A stretch of 63,964 nt of DNA, counting the filler, from Collodictyon triciliatum (taxonomy: Eukaryota): NCBI GenBank assembly GCA_043381765.1. It is 9 parts of 9 records of this genome, joined end to end, with 100 filler letters (N's around TTAATTAATTAA, not from the genome) between each part and the next. Parts side by side here need not be neighbours in the genome. Positions count along the whole stretch, not along the records: positions 23,624 to 31,389 come from JBHJMP010003757.1; positions 31,490 to 39,255 come from JBHJMP010003758.1; positions 39,356 to 47,120 come from JBHJMP010003759.1; 6 more parts are not named here. One strand, given 5' to 3'. Shown piece by piece: positions 27,201-39,550 of the stretch. The translations under genes were made by a program, and so were the position numbers. The notes under the pieces are model-generated. The model ran no database searches and was not told the origin of the DNA. It saw only the letters and a list, made by a program, of their open reading frames with translations. Each line of letters starts with the position of its first letter. Within the stretch, counting starts at the first letter, position 1.

Positions 27201-28428
27201 CTGTATGAATCGATGCAAGGATATCTTTTTTGTGGAACGACAGCCGCAACATTATCAGTTCTCGGGGACAAATTATATGTAGCATCTGCTGGCGATTCCC
27301 GTATTGTACTCAGTCGTGGAGGTATAATAATTTCACATGCATATTTGACCTAAACCAAAACAAAGATAACACCAACTCCGAATATACGGCCAAACAAAAA
27401 AATTAAGCAAAATAATACCGACCTTGCTTTCACATTAAATTCGGTCATTTTCACCACCAACTATCTTAAAAATATTCTGAACCATCTGGTATCATAGGAA
27501 ATAAAATATCTACGCCAAATAATTTTTCTTTCTTCCTTATCATATTCGATATTTGGACCATAATATATTCGCCGCATTAGGCGAAGCTATTCGTATGTCA
27601 CGTGACCATAAGCCAACGCTACCAGATGAAAGGAAACGGATTACAGATGAGGGTGGATTTATTAAAGACGGTCGTGTGAACGGGGTCTTATCAGGTATCG
27701 CTCATATTACCAACAATAAAAGAAGACAAAAACTAAACTACAAATCCAATGCAACAAGGTTCAGTCACACGTCCCTCCCCTTTTTCTCTTCCTCTTTTTT
27801 TTTCTTTCTTCTTTCTCCTCCTTTATTTTCCAAACTACTAATAATTAAACAAAGTAGCCAAACGTAAGATTACCCCACAGACACGCCCATTCTCACCACT
27901 CCATGCAACACAGTGTCCCGTGTCCTCGGCGACGGATTTCTGCACCCGCTCGTCAGCTGCGAGCCGCACGTGACCATAACCGACCTGCTTCTGGGCAATC
28001 CGTACGCACAGGTGGACCCCGAGAACCCGATAGCCGACATCCTGGACGAGTTCATCATCATCGCCTGTGATGGGCTGTGGGACGTCCTCTCGGACGGCGA
28101 AGCCGTCTCGCTGGTCCACTATTCCAACTACTGGGACCACCCCGACCTTGCGGCACAGAATCTGCGGAACGTGGCATACGAAATCGGCAGCACAGACAAC
28201 ATCAGCGTCATGGTTGTTTCCCTCCGACCGCCGAGCTCGGCCCCGCCAAACTCGTCTCTTTCCATCCACTACATCAACCAACCCAACGGGCAGCAGACTT
28301 CTCAGCCGCCACAGTCGCCCGCGGCAAACCGCTCCCCAAAGAACACCGAATCCATGGCGGTCGATGCACACGCCGCAAACAAAAACATCTCCATGGTCAC
28401 AGAGGTCGAGTCTGTCCAGGAGTCTTGA
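24296..28428 (+). CDS. N-myristoylated LRR (RI-like) plus PP2C (PPM) protein phosphatase
   Basis: MGGLVS start; LRRs [24 protein letters not shown]; spliced PP2C motifs [60 protein letters not shown]. Confidence 0.9.
25273..25425. repeat. Intronic (CATCCT)n/(CTTCCT)n microsatellite
   Basis: Direct reading; first intron of the LRR-PP2C gene. Confidence 0.95.
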
Positions 28429-28897
28429 AAATGCCTCAGACTATCCGGGATTGCTATGATAATTTTTTTTTTTTTGTACAACTGTCTCATCCTCTTTGGA
28501 AAAAAAAAAAGAAGACATATCTCCTTTGAATCTATCATTATAATCAAACTTGCGTTCTTAAATCCTTTTCTCTCTCTCTCTCTCTTTTTTTTTTCATGCT
28601 CATGGAGTTTTATTATGAATTTTCCGGCCTAGCAACGACACACCACGGACAAAACCAACATGACTATCTACCCATTATTCATCACACACCACATCACAAA
28701 ATCCACCGCCATCATAAACAAATACCATCCAACCTTAAAACCTGGCCAAGGACACCGGAGCATAAGCAGACGTACGTGCGTAAAGGAGTCAAGAGAATGT
28801 CGATCGAACGATCCAACACAGACCCACAAGTCGCCGCCTGACGCACAGGATAATATATCAACAACACTACTGATCACCAAGCTATTTGCATGAGTTA

Positions 28898-29185
28898 GAT
28901 CACTTAGCAACTGGTATGGGAGGGTGTCCATACGTGGACACCGTGGGCCGACCAAGCCAACAACTCCGTGCAGCCTGCTAGTACATGCCTTATGGGGTAG
29001 CGTGCGAGCTCGCCCAGGGAACTCGCGTTGGCCTGTGAAGCTCATTGCGTCTCGCGCTCAGGAAGAGGCGCACTCTCGAATTTTTCCGGCTGGCGCCTGT
29101 TGGGAAGGTCGGAGGTCTGTCGGCTACAGACACTCGGCTTCGCCCACACTATTCACCCCGAGAGTGGGTAGGAAAAGGAGTGATC
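28898..29185. ncRNA. Candidate structured non-coding RNA of unassigned family
   Basis: GC-rich island between two convergent 3' ends, with a terminal stem, an 8-bp UACG-capped hairpin and a nested three-segment long-range helix (details in findings). Confidence 0.5.
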
Positions 29186-29402
29186 GGACGAATGAAAACA
29201 ACAATGGTGAAGCTGAGTATGAGGTTATTCGTGTATGTGTGTGTGGTGTGGTTGTCATGCAGTCTCGGGTGCTGATTGCGAGGTGAGGATTTTTTTTCTT
29301 TTATTGTGCAGGTGAGATGGTGATGATTGTCTTCTTGTGCTGTTCCGCAGTGGGGGTCAATTCGTTAAATTATTTATTAATCATTGTCTTTGTTGTGGTT
29401 CT

Positions 29403-31270
29403 CTACGCCGCCTTGCGCTTATTCTCGGAATACTTTGTAATGGAAAATGCAATCCCGGAGAGAAGACCTATTGCAGTGGATAAAGAGGGATTAACCAACC
29501 AAATGATGTCGGTGCACCAACTTTTACCATTTTTTTTTTTATTAAAAATAATAATTGGAACATGAAGCGAGGCTTTTCTTTCTTTCTTTCTTTCTTTCTC
29601 TTAAAAACAAGCCCCCTCCATCGTAGTATAAATAATGGAGAAAGTATATGTTTCACCGTTGGTGAAGATGCACAAACCCAAGGCAATGCCGCATAAGTTT
29701 GTTTGAGAAACAGGAACCGAAAAGTACAGGATGCTCCAAATTGTCATGGGTACTTTATTAAGAGACCCAACAATGCTATGTACGAAACATGGAAAATTAT
29801 GCAGAATTCCTCTTACTTGCTTATAATAACGAGTTGGTTTCTAAAGAAAATAGTACCATTCATATATATACGTATAGTCAATATGATTATTTACCTGTAC
29901 GTTGTTGGTGAAGTGAATCGTATACACAGGAACGACGAAATATTCAGTAAAACTCCAATGGTACCGGATAATCCTAGCCAGAATATCAGCCACCCTTGAC
30001 CCATGATTTCATCACGCCTATAAACACATTAATTTAATATTTTCTTCCATATGCGCAATTTTTAATGGCAGAGTATATATGTATGATACTTTTTTTTTTT
30101 CAAAATAATCGTGATATCTTCAGAGTGGTATTCAGTAAATGAATAAATAAACCTTTCCAAGATAGAATCATACTCGCCACTGATATAAATACACACCACA
30201 AGAAACGGTGTCGATATGATATTATTATACATAGCCATACCAAAATCACTCATCCTTGACCCGTGCATGATGTAACGAAGAGTTAGCTATTCTCTCCATC
30301 CAGATCACAATTGTTAAATGATACGTACATTTTTTAAAGGTCAGTATCTCTAATTTATATGATATGAGTTGACGTTGATACACAAAATTGAAATACTAGA
30401 AAAAGCGTTAAGTTGACATTACAAAGTATTAACTGGCACGCTATTTGACACAATCAAATATGTAAAATAAAACTAGGTAGGATATATTATGATATTAACT
30501 GTATATCCAGACGTAAAGAGACAATTAGCCATCATCCAAATATATCCATATAAATCAAAGGAAAGGTCCGAGACTCCTGATATTATGGCAGATAGCAGCT
30601 ACATATAGCAATTGTGAAGTGTATAGGAGAGTATCGTTTTTACTGAAATGCATAAAGATAAGCATAATGTGTGCCTTTCTAATTTTATGAATATCCAATC
30701 GAAATAAGTTTGCCTTACCATTAAGACAAGGGTGATTTTGATTCCTAGGGACGAGTGATTATTAAAGAAATAGTAATCACCAAAGCAGGTGGATATGTTT
30801 GCCACATTCTTGAATATCGTGACCATTGGAACAGTCAAGAGCCCAATACTAAATGATATGATAAAATGTGAGCAAAAAAAAAACTGAATTTTTTTTTAGT
30901 AAGCCTATCTTAAAAAAAGAATGGTTTATAAAACTATTATTATAGAAAAAATCATATTTTATCATATTAAATGATAAGCGCATTTCTTGTGAATTATTCA
31001 TTTATTTTAGACCTCTGTATTGTACATAATAATAATGTAAGGTATGTACTTTCACAAAGTGACTTAAATTTAACTATATGAACATAAATAGAGCCAAGAA
31101 AAAAAAGCCGCAGATAAACAATTTGTACCTCATAAAGCCGCTTAGAAGCATAAAGAAAAAAACAAGTGTAACAGGAAACCACTTTTTGCAGTACGACAAA
31201 GTAAACGCCTCGTACTGAATCAAACCAATAGCTTTCAATGCAAACAGTAATATGACGGCGAGCATGTTCT
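29403..31270 (-). CDS. GDP-mannose/GDP-sugar transporter (SLC35, VRG4/GONST-like); 5'-partial
   Basis: Spliced exons give KWFPV, VPMVTIFKN, GYIWMMANC, AMYNNIIS, TSPTTYSIVGSLNKVP (GxLNK GDP-sugar motif) and a basic C-terminus ENKRKAA*. Confidence 0.88.
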
Positions 31271-31294
31271 TGAAAAAAATGAAAAGATGTTTAG

Positions 31295-31389
<95 letters not shown>

Positions 31390-31837
31390 NNNNNNNNNNN
31401 NNNNNNNNNNNNNNNNNNNNNNNNNNNNNNNNNTTAATTAATTAANNNNNNNNNNNNNNNNNNNNNNNNNNNNNNNNNNNNNNNNNNNNTTTATTCTTTC
31501 TTTTATTCTTTCTTTTATTCTTTCTTTTATTCTTTCTTTTATTCTTTCTTTTATTCTTTCTTTTATTCTTTCTTTTATTCTTTCTTTTATTCTTTCTTTT
31601 ATTCTTTCTTTTAGTCTTTCTTTTATTCTTTCTTTTATTTAGTCTTTCTTTTATTCTTTCTTTTATTCTTTCTTTTATTCTTTCTTTTATTCTTTCTTTT
31701 ATTCTTTCTTTTATTCTTTCTTTTAGTCTTCCTTTTAGCATTTTTCATCACGGTGTAAAAAGTCTTTTTTTTTTGTTGAAATTAAAATAAGTATTTGACT
31801 CAACCCAATCCAGTTGATTATGTTTGTATTTTTCTAG

Positions 31838-32896
31838 GAGACCTATATGTAAGTGTCTGGGACTGGGACACACAGGATTTCAAAATTAAAGGGTTCATGA
31901 GGAAAATAGACATTCGGCCGAATCATGGCCTCGACTTCTGCAGCCGCTCAGTTTATCTGAATCACGGAGCTAGCGCTCACCTTCTCACAAAAGGAACAAA
32001 CTGTAATATGTTTCTCGAAACTAATATTCCTGCATGGGTACTTTTGAAATGGTGGACAATTATTTTCGAATGAGACACATATTTTCTTTTTTATTTACAA
32101 AATTTTATCATTATAATGAGATTTGTTAATCACAATGTTTATTTCTTTGTGTTTGTGCGTTAAAGTGGTCTTTTCATTTGACTCTGTCCTGGAGAAAATC
32201 GTTCGAGCACAACTCGCAGAAGACATTTCTCGCACAAGTGTACCATGTGCATTCGACGGAAAGTATTTTATGATATACGAGGACTCAAAAAGAAGGACTG
32301 GACGAAGCCAACCCGACGCGACCTTAACGAGGCACATTGTCTTTCTCTTTTCCCAACCAAGTTGATATATTTAAAGGCATCGATGCTGAATACATCTTCA
32401 GATATGTTCTATTTTCCGAGTTGCTCACAACATCGCCTTTTAATGGTGTTTTTGTTTTCTTTTATCTAGAAACAATGCACACATCACAGTTCTCGGTCTA
32501 AACTCAACCGACCCCCGCTTCTCCGTGAGAATACCAGAATCTAGCTGTCATCATCTCTACATGGAAGACAATGCTGTGGTTTATTCGCTGCGGTCTGAAA
32601 ACGCTGTGGAGTGTATCAGTCTGGCCAACCAGAAAGTGCAATATACCGTATCCTTGCCCCACCCGGTTGTCAGTCTGACCATGTGCGGAAACCTAGTGAT
32701 TGCTCTCTTGACTGACTCTTCGCTGTGTCTCGTCGGAAACGGCGTGATTATCTCACGGAGGCTGCTTCCATCACAGGTCATGCAGGCCAGCGATTTGTAT
32801 CTCGCAAAAGTTGCTTGGTTTCCGGGTGTTTCGCACGAACGCTTGATTCTCAGCAACGGATTTGCCCTCTTTGAAATCAAGAATTGGAAAGAGTAG
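31838..32896 (+). CDS. 3' exons of a hypothetical, probably beta-propeller/WD40-like protein
   Basis: Exons with VSVWDWD, LVFSFDS, VECISL, PVVSLTMCGNLVIALLTDSSLCLV; beta-strand-rich; 5' part missing at contig start. Confidence 0.45.
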
Positions 32897-33564
32897 CCAG
32901 CGAGGCAGATTGGAATGCTTTCGAATGGAGGGAAACGAAGCGGAGGGAAACTCGAATTGAGACCAGTGCCTTTTTGCTTCTCTTTTTCTGTTTTTTCCTC
33001 TTTCTAGTCTCTTTTTTTTTTTCTTAAATACTTTCTTTTCTAAAAGTAAGAAGATAAACCATTACATCTCAGGAGTATATTTGACTTGAGTACTAATCAT
33101 GTATTTCATTGTTTGCTTTACGATATTTGCAAGCTATTGTTTCGCATTAAAAGGAAACACAAAGAATCAATATTACACACTTTTTTTCTCATTTTTTTTT
33201 CATCGTCTGCATGGGTGGTAAGGGAAAATAAGCTTCTTTTTTTTTTTTTATTGTTCGGCTATACTATTGAAGCGTTTTTATTCTATAAACCGAAAAAAAA
33301 TGCCAAGGCACATTTATTGATTTATTTTTAATAATTAAATGTCTTCGCCCGGTATATTCTATATCTGTATCTATCTTGTAAAGAGGTAAAAGAAAAGCAT
33401 TCGTAGTGTTTGTAAGATTCTCACCCACTTTTTTCTTTTTGTCTCGTTTTTCTCCGTCCAATTACAATGACCTCCTTTCGCACTCAGACGCTTCAACCCT
33501 TTCTACCATAACATTATTGCTATTTTTTCTTGCTGCTCCATTTCTATTCGGTCTACGTTGCAGC

Positions 33565-36500
33565 TCATGCGCCAGTCAGGATGACAATAACAGATATGTT
33601 ATCGGTGCTGCCTAATTGATACGCCATGTCTCGGAGTCTGCTGGCTGCAGCAACTGCAGAAGGCGATGGTTTCTGAAGCTCGATGAGAACCTGATTTACA
33701 ACCTGCTGGTTGGTCATCACATCGAAGAGGCCGTCGCACGCAATCACAATAAACTGGTCTCTCGGGCGACTGATTGCGATGCTGACCATGTACGGCTCAG
33801 CACAAACGATGGAGCTGAAGCGGATATCCCCGAAAGCACGGGACACTAAGCCGAAACGAAAAGGAAAAAAAAAAAAAAGAGGTGTTCATATCAATATTGC
33901 TTTATTTTCAGCTCCACCAAAATGAGATGGAAAAGGAAAGGTGCAAAGGTCTTTAAAATGAAAATACATTTTAAATTGAAAGTGGAAGGAGAAAAATAAC
34001 GGTGTTTTTTTTTTTTTTTTTGGCAGTTTGTATTGAAAAAGAAAATGACTGGGCGAGAGGGCTGAAAAAAATATGCAAAATATGCTTTGTCAAGAGAGAG
34101 ATTTTTGTTTTCGGGATATATCAATTAGCATAGGAAGGATAGAGTTACCTGAAAGCTCGTTGTTTACTCTGAGATTCTGAGAAACAAATCCTCCTGCCCG
34201 CTTGATGCGCTCCTGCTCGGAATCCAAGCACGGTCGATGGTCCATCTGCATGAAGTCATCACCATCATCATCATCATCATCAATCAGTGGTTGTCACCAT
34301 ACACGACAAGAAAGAAAAAAAGCGAGAAAGGGAGTCAGCTATGAACAGAATGAATATACAGTCAACTGGATGGCGACTTGCTCTCGGCACAGAATAACTC
34401 TGCTATCTCCAGCATTGGCTACGTAGAGTCTAGTTTATGGGATGTTTAAAAAAAGTCAGAGAGAGGATGGTTCAGACCGAATATCAGAAATGTAACGAAG
34501 AGACTACGATAATTCAAACAAAGTATGTAGTATTTCTTCAATTTCCTTGAAACATGGTAACATATGGAGAGGGAATAGAAATAGCCATGGATAATATAAA
34601 AAAATTAGTCCAAACAATGTAATTGTCAAACTGACTGTTTATTTTTAATGTAAGCTATTGCGGCGGTGGACCCAATAACATCACCGTATTGCTTAATTTC
34701 GTCACACAAGTCTTGATTCACCTATGCATATGATTCATGAACAAGTAGAACTATGAGGCAGAATATTTGATTCAGGTATGAAAATAAGAAAAATTAAGCT
34801 CAGTTTATTCCTCCTGGGCGCACTATTGTAACCAAATGTCCAAAGATAAAGAATAATATGTGACATTCAAAGTTCGTTACTTTGAGAAAAACATTTTTAA
34901 TTGCAGATTGAATCAGTTTTGTTTCTCTCTCGTCCTTCTCTTCGACGGAATACTCTTCATGCAGCAGCATTGGAGTTCCATCTTCCAAAACAACCAACTC
35001 GGGATGGATTTCACCACAATCAGTAATTCCACTCAGCTGGATGGAAGAGACCAACTTTGACATATCTCCTTCACACATTTTATATTTTAAAAAGAAAATT
35101 ATATTTCAAGCATTGAGTTATGCTTTTACCTGAACACTTTAAAAAAATCCTTTATTTGATTCAAAGCGAAACACTATTAAAATAATTTTGTTTCTGACGT
35201 CTTTCAAATAGTACTATTCTCAAACATAAAAGGCTATACCTCCTCTTTCCTGAGTTTTTCCTGTTTCATCTGCATTTTTCGAATGGGATTCACTATGGTG
35301 ATATCCTCTGGAGTGCCTTTTATTTACATTTCCATTCATATGGGGGATATCCTGAACACATCCTAGAATTGAATTAAGCTGTGTCTCCAACTCTCTTGGA
35401 ATATGTATAGCCAGATAGTCTGCAGCGATCTATTTCAGTCAAATTATCAGCATTTCCTCCTCTTCATTCGTAAATATATATGTCCTGGAATTTGACACCA
35501 ACGATTATGCTTGAAAAGCCAGTGGTAAATATTATCTGTATGCTTTTCTATATTTTTATTTGGTTTAAAAAAATTAATGGTCACTTTTCCCTTTCCTCCT
35601 GTTCCGTGCCCATCAAAAACGCCGAACAAGTCCTCGCCTTCAGCAGGAATTGAAAATTGAAGTAAAATAATAATATTTTGAGATTCCTTTGAACAGAATA
35701 CATATATATGTCTAAAGAATTTAGAACTACTTTTACTGCTTCGAAATGACCCACGGATAAGTATGGAGTCTTCCATGGTTTGTCGTCGACCAATCATATC
35801 AGAAAATCCGACCCTGTAGAACATGGAATATGTATTGAAGAAAAAATGACAGAAACTCAATAAAATAGCCACCACCTCAAGCTAATGTGTAAGGAAATCT
35901 AGCTATTAACCGATTCACACTTTTTTTATGTGCTTCAAGATGTAAAGAATACCTAAATCTTTTGCTTTCTGACATCTTGTACTGATTTCGAGTTCCATCA
36001 ACACGACGGCGTGATGCACCTACGACGGCTGAAGTGCAACAGAAAAATGGACGCTATTAACATAATGAGCAGAAATATATGCCCATAAAAGGGACACATA
36101 ATGCTGAATAATGGTTTGATTGTACTTGTGGCAGCATTCCCTGGTCCCGGTTCTCTTTAGAAAAAAAATAATTAAATAATAGTCTGAAAGTCTCTGTATA
36201 AATGACGGTTGTCAAATGGTTCTTTGTAAATATTACATGGATATCAGACAAAATTATCGACCATAAATTTTGAAAAAGGTATTATTTTCCTCTGGTTTTG
36301 TAAGCAATCTGCACAAGAAATTTTACCCTTCGATTCCAGTGAAATCAAACACTTCCAAAGGTATATCAGCCAATGTTGGGGGGAAGATTCTCAAATGATT
36401 GTGATTTGCATACTGGATTAAAGGAAAGGGAGGAAAAGTAAGTGTTTTAGAATATATCCTTCATTTATTCACTTTCTCAGAGCTAATCATGGAGTATATG

Positions 36501-38445
36501 CCACAGTTTTTTTTTTTATGAGTTAAGTACATGAACTGTGCATTGAAAATCAACTCGTGTGAGAGGGGAACGTTATTTCAAAACTCATTAATAGTATTAA
36601 AATTCAAATTATCTTATAATTTTTTTACTCACAACCCAACGTAGACCGTAGATATCCTTAAGTTTTTCTGGGAGATTGCATAATCGGTTTCCTTTAAATT
36701 TTCAGAAGAGTTGTGTTATACAATTACATGAAATTTCCGACTTTCAAAAAAGTGAGAGAATATAATTGGGAATTGTGCAAAATAATACCATTTTCACTAT
36801 TGGATAAGATAAAAAAAATGAACATATATAAGAGAAAGAGAGTAGGGGGTTAGAGGGAAACTGGATAGAAAAGAGCGGACAGCGCGATATACAAACCGGA
36901 CAGAAAGAGGAGCCTCAAGTCTGCTAGTCGGTTGATATTATCAGGGAGCACAGAAATAAAATTGTAAGATAGCCCAAGAGATGTGATATTCGCAAAGTGA
37001 AGCAGCGCTTCAGGAAAGTCTCTAAACAAGTTATCGCTTAGATGAAGCTCGGACAAAGATGCTGTGATTGGGGCATGTTCCGAATTGATTTTTGGCAAAA
37101 GAGATAGCCTATTTGAAGACAGGTTTAAGGTGCGAACGGAAGGCAGGGACCAAAAAGTAGGGGACAAGACAGAGATCAAATTTCTCTGAAGCTGAAGCCT
37201 TCTGAGACAGCGCATAGAACTCAGGCCATCCGGAAGCGAAACAAGCAGGTTGCACGAAAGGTCGAGCTCATCCAGAGCAGTGAGGCATCCAATCTCGTCC
37301 GGCAACACAGACAGCTTGTTTTGAGCCAGATACAGCGCCTCAAGCGAGACCAGATGCGAAAGCGGAGTGGGAAGACCAGAAAGCTGGTTCTGTGCGAGGT
37401 TCAGAACGCCGAGACAGGACATTCTGGAGAGGAAAGGCGGCAGAGACGAGAGCATATTCTCGTGCAGATCCATGGACTGCAGACTCACGGGATAGGTGAC
37501 CGGCCTAGCCTTGCCGCTCTTCTCGCCGCCTGCGCCATTTGCATGAGCCGCTGCAGACGAAGTCGAGTCGCGATGATGGGAGGACGAGCGCGAAGACTTT
37601 GAGACGGACGAGCGCGACTGAGACGCCCGGCGCACATCCAGCGGCAGCTTCACGGCCGCCATGACCCGCGGAGAGACCGAGAGCTCGTCGTCCTTGCGCC
37701 GCGCATTCCCACTTGGATGCGCCATTCTGCCGTCGGGCGGGGCGGAAGCAGGCAGCGTGGTGGTGATGCAATGGATGTGATTGGACGATGCAAACAGGAC
37801 CAGCAAGGCCGGGAGCGCGTCCAGCAGGGCCAGTGGGAGCTCCTGGATGCAGTTGCGGGCGATGTCGAGGCGGGTGAGATGCATCAAGGCGAAGGGAGGC
37901 GAATCCAGAGAGGCAGATGCAAGTGAAGCCGAAGGTGAAGCGAGAGGCAGAGGCACAGGCAGAGGCACAGAGTGGAGGCGGTTGGAGCGCAGGACAATGT
38001 GCTCGAGCAGCGGCAGGCCAAAGACGCCCGGGCCGATGTGGGCGAGGCGATTGGCGCCCAAGTCGAGGCGGCGAAGAAGCCGCAGAGCCCGCGAGTCGAG
38101 CGTGTGGTCGACCTCGCGGAGTTGATTGCCCGTGAGGATGAGCTGCTGCAGGTGGGCAAAGCGGGTCAGGTCCGGCGGCAGGGCGAGAAGCAGGTTGTGG
38201 CTCAGGTCCAGGGTGGTGATGTGGGGAAGGCGCTCGGCAAGGCGCAGAGGCAGCCGCGTCAGCAGATTGCGGGAGAGAAGCAGCGCGCGGGTGGGGCTCA
38301 GGGCAGCGGGCGGGAACGCGTCTGGAAGAGTCTCCAGGCGCAGCTGGCTCAGATCCAGCTGGCTCAGCTGCTTGCTGCCGGCCTCGTCCAGTCGCCGCTC
38401 AACCTCGGCGGGCAGGCGGGCTTGTCTGCTCGATGTGTTGCCCAT
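33565..38445 (-). CDS. N-myristoylated LRR (typical LxxLxLxxNxL) plus PP2C protein phosphatase
   Basis: MGNTSS start; many LRRs in the 1.55-kb first exon; spliced PP2C motifs [54 protein letters not shown]. Confidence 0.9.
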
Positions 38446-39216
38446 CGCTTGCTTCTAGGGTTTCGTTGGTTAGCTGTTTTTTTCTCTTTTTTTCTCTTTT
38501 TCTCTTTTTTTCTCTTTTTTTCTCTTTTTTTCTCTTTTTTTCTCTTTTTTTCTCTTTTTTTCTCTTTTTTTTCTCTCTTTTTTCTCTTTTTTTCTCTTTT
38601 TTTCTCTTTTTTTCTCTTTTTCTCTTTTTTCTCTTTTTCTCTTTTTCTCTTTTTTTCTCTTTTTTCTCTTTTTTCTCTTTTTTCTCTTTTTTGTCTTTTT
38701 TGTCTTTTTTCTCTTTTTTCTCTTTTTTCTCTTTTTTNNNNNNNNNNNNNNNNNNNNNNNNNNNNNNNNNNNNNNNNNNNNNNNNNNNNNNNNNNNNNNN
38801 NNNNNNNNNNNNNNNNNNNNNNNNNNNNNNNNNNNNNNNNNNNNNNNNNNNNNNNNNNNNNNNNNNNNNNNNNNNNNNNNNNNNNNNNNNNNNNNNNNNN
38901 NNNNNNNNNNNNNNNNNNNNNNNNNNNNNNNNNNNNNNNNNNNNNNNNNNNNNNNNNNNNNNNNNNNNNNNNNNNNNNNNNNNNNNNNNNNNNNNNNNNN
39001 NNNNNNNNNNNNNNNNNNNNNNNNNNNNNNNNNNNNNNNNNNTCTTATGTTTCTTTGTTAGCTTCAGCAGAGAACAGGTTTTGGTTGGCAGCGATGAACT
39101 CAGGTTTGTTATAAGCTTCCCCTTTTTTTGTTTTGTTTTTTGTTTTAGTTTCTTTTTTTTTAGTATGTTTTTTTTGTGTTTTTTTTGTTTTTTTTGTTTT
39201 TTTTTTTGTTTTTTTT

Positions 39217-39255
<39 letters not shown>

Positions 39256-39550
39256 NNNNNNNNNNNNNNNNNNNNNNNNNNNNNNNNNNNNNNNNNNNNT
39301 TAATTAATTAANNNNNNNNNNNNNNNNNNNNNNNNNNNNNNNNNNNNNNNNNNNNAAAAAAACATAAAAAACATAAAAAAACATAAAAAAACATAAAAAA
39401 CATAAAAAACATAAAAAACATAAAAAACATAAAAAACATAAAAAAACATAAAAAAAACATAAAAAACATGAAAACATAAAAAAACATAAAAAAAAACACT
39501 CTAAATGGCACAGACTAATCCATAACATTACAACAGCACCTTCTAGTACC

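Noticed and set aside
29036-29290. Assignment of the structured island as RNase P RNA, SRP RNA, group I intron or cobalamin riboswitch
   Set aside because: Only isolated motifs match; the required partner elements (CR-V/P4 3' strand, helix 8, P7 with J8/7, 5' B12 core) are not present in the right order.
24296-38445. Apparent convergent cluster of two LRR-PP2C genes
   Set aside because: They lie on different contigs separated by an artificial spacer at 31390-31489.
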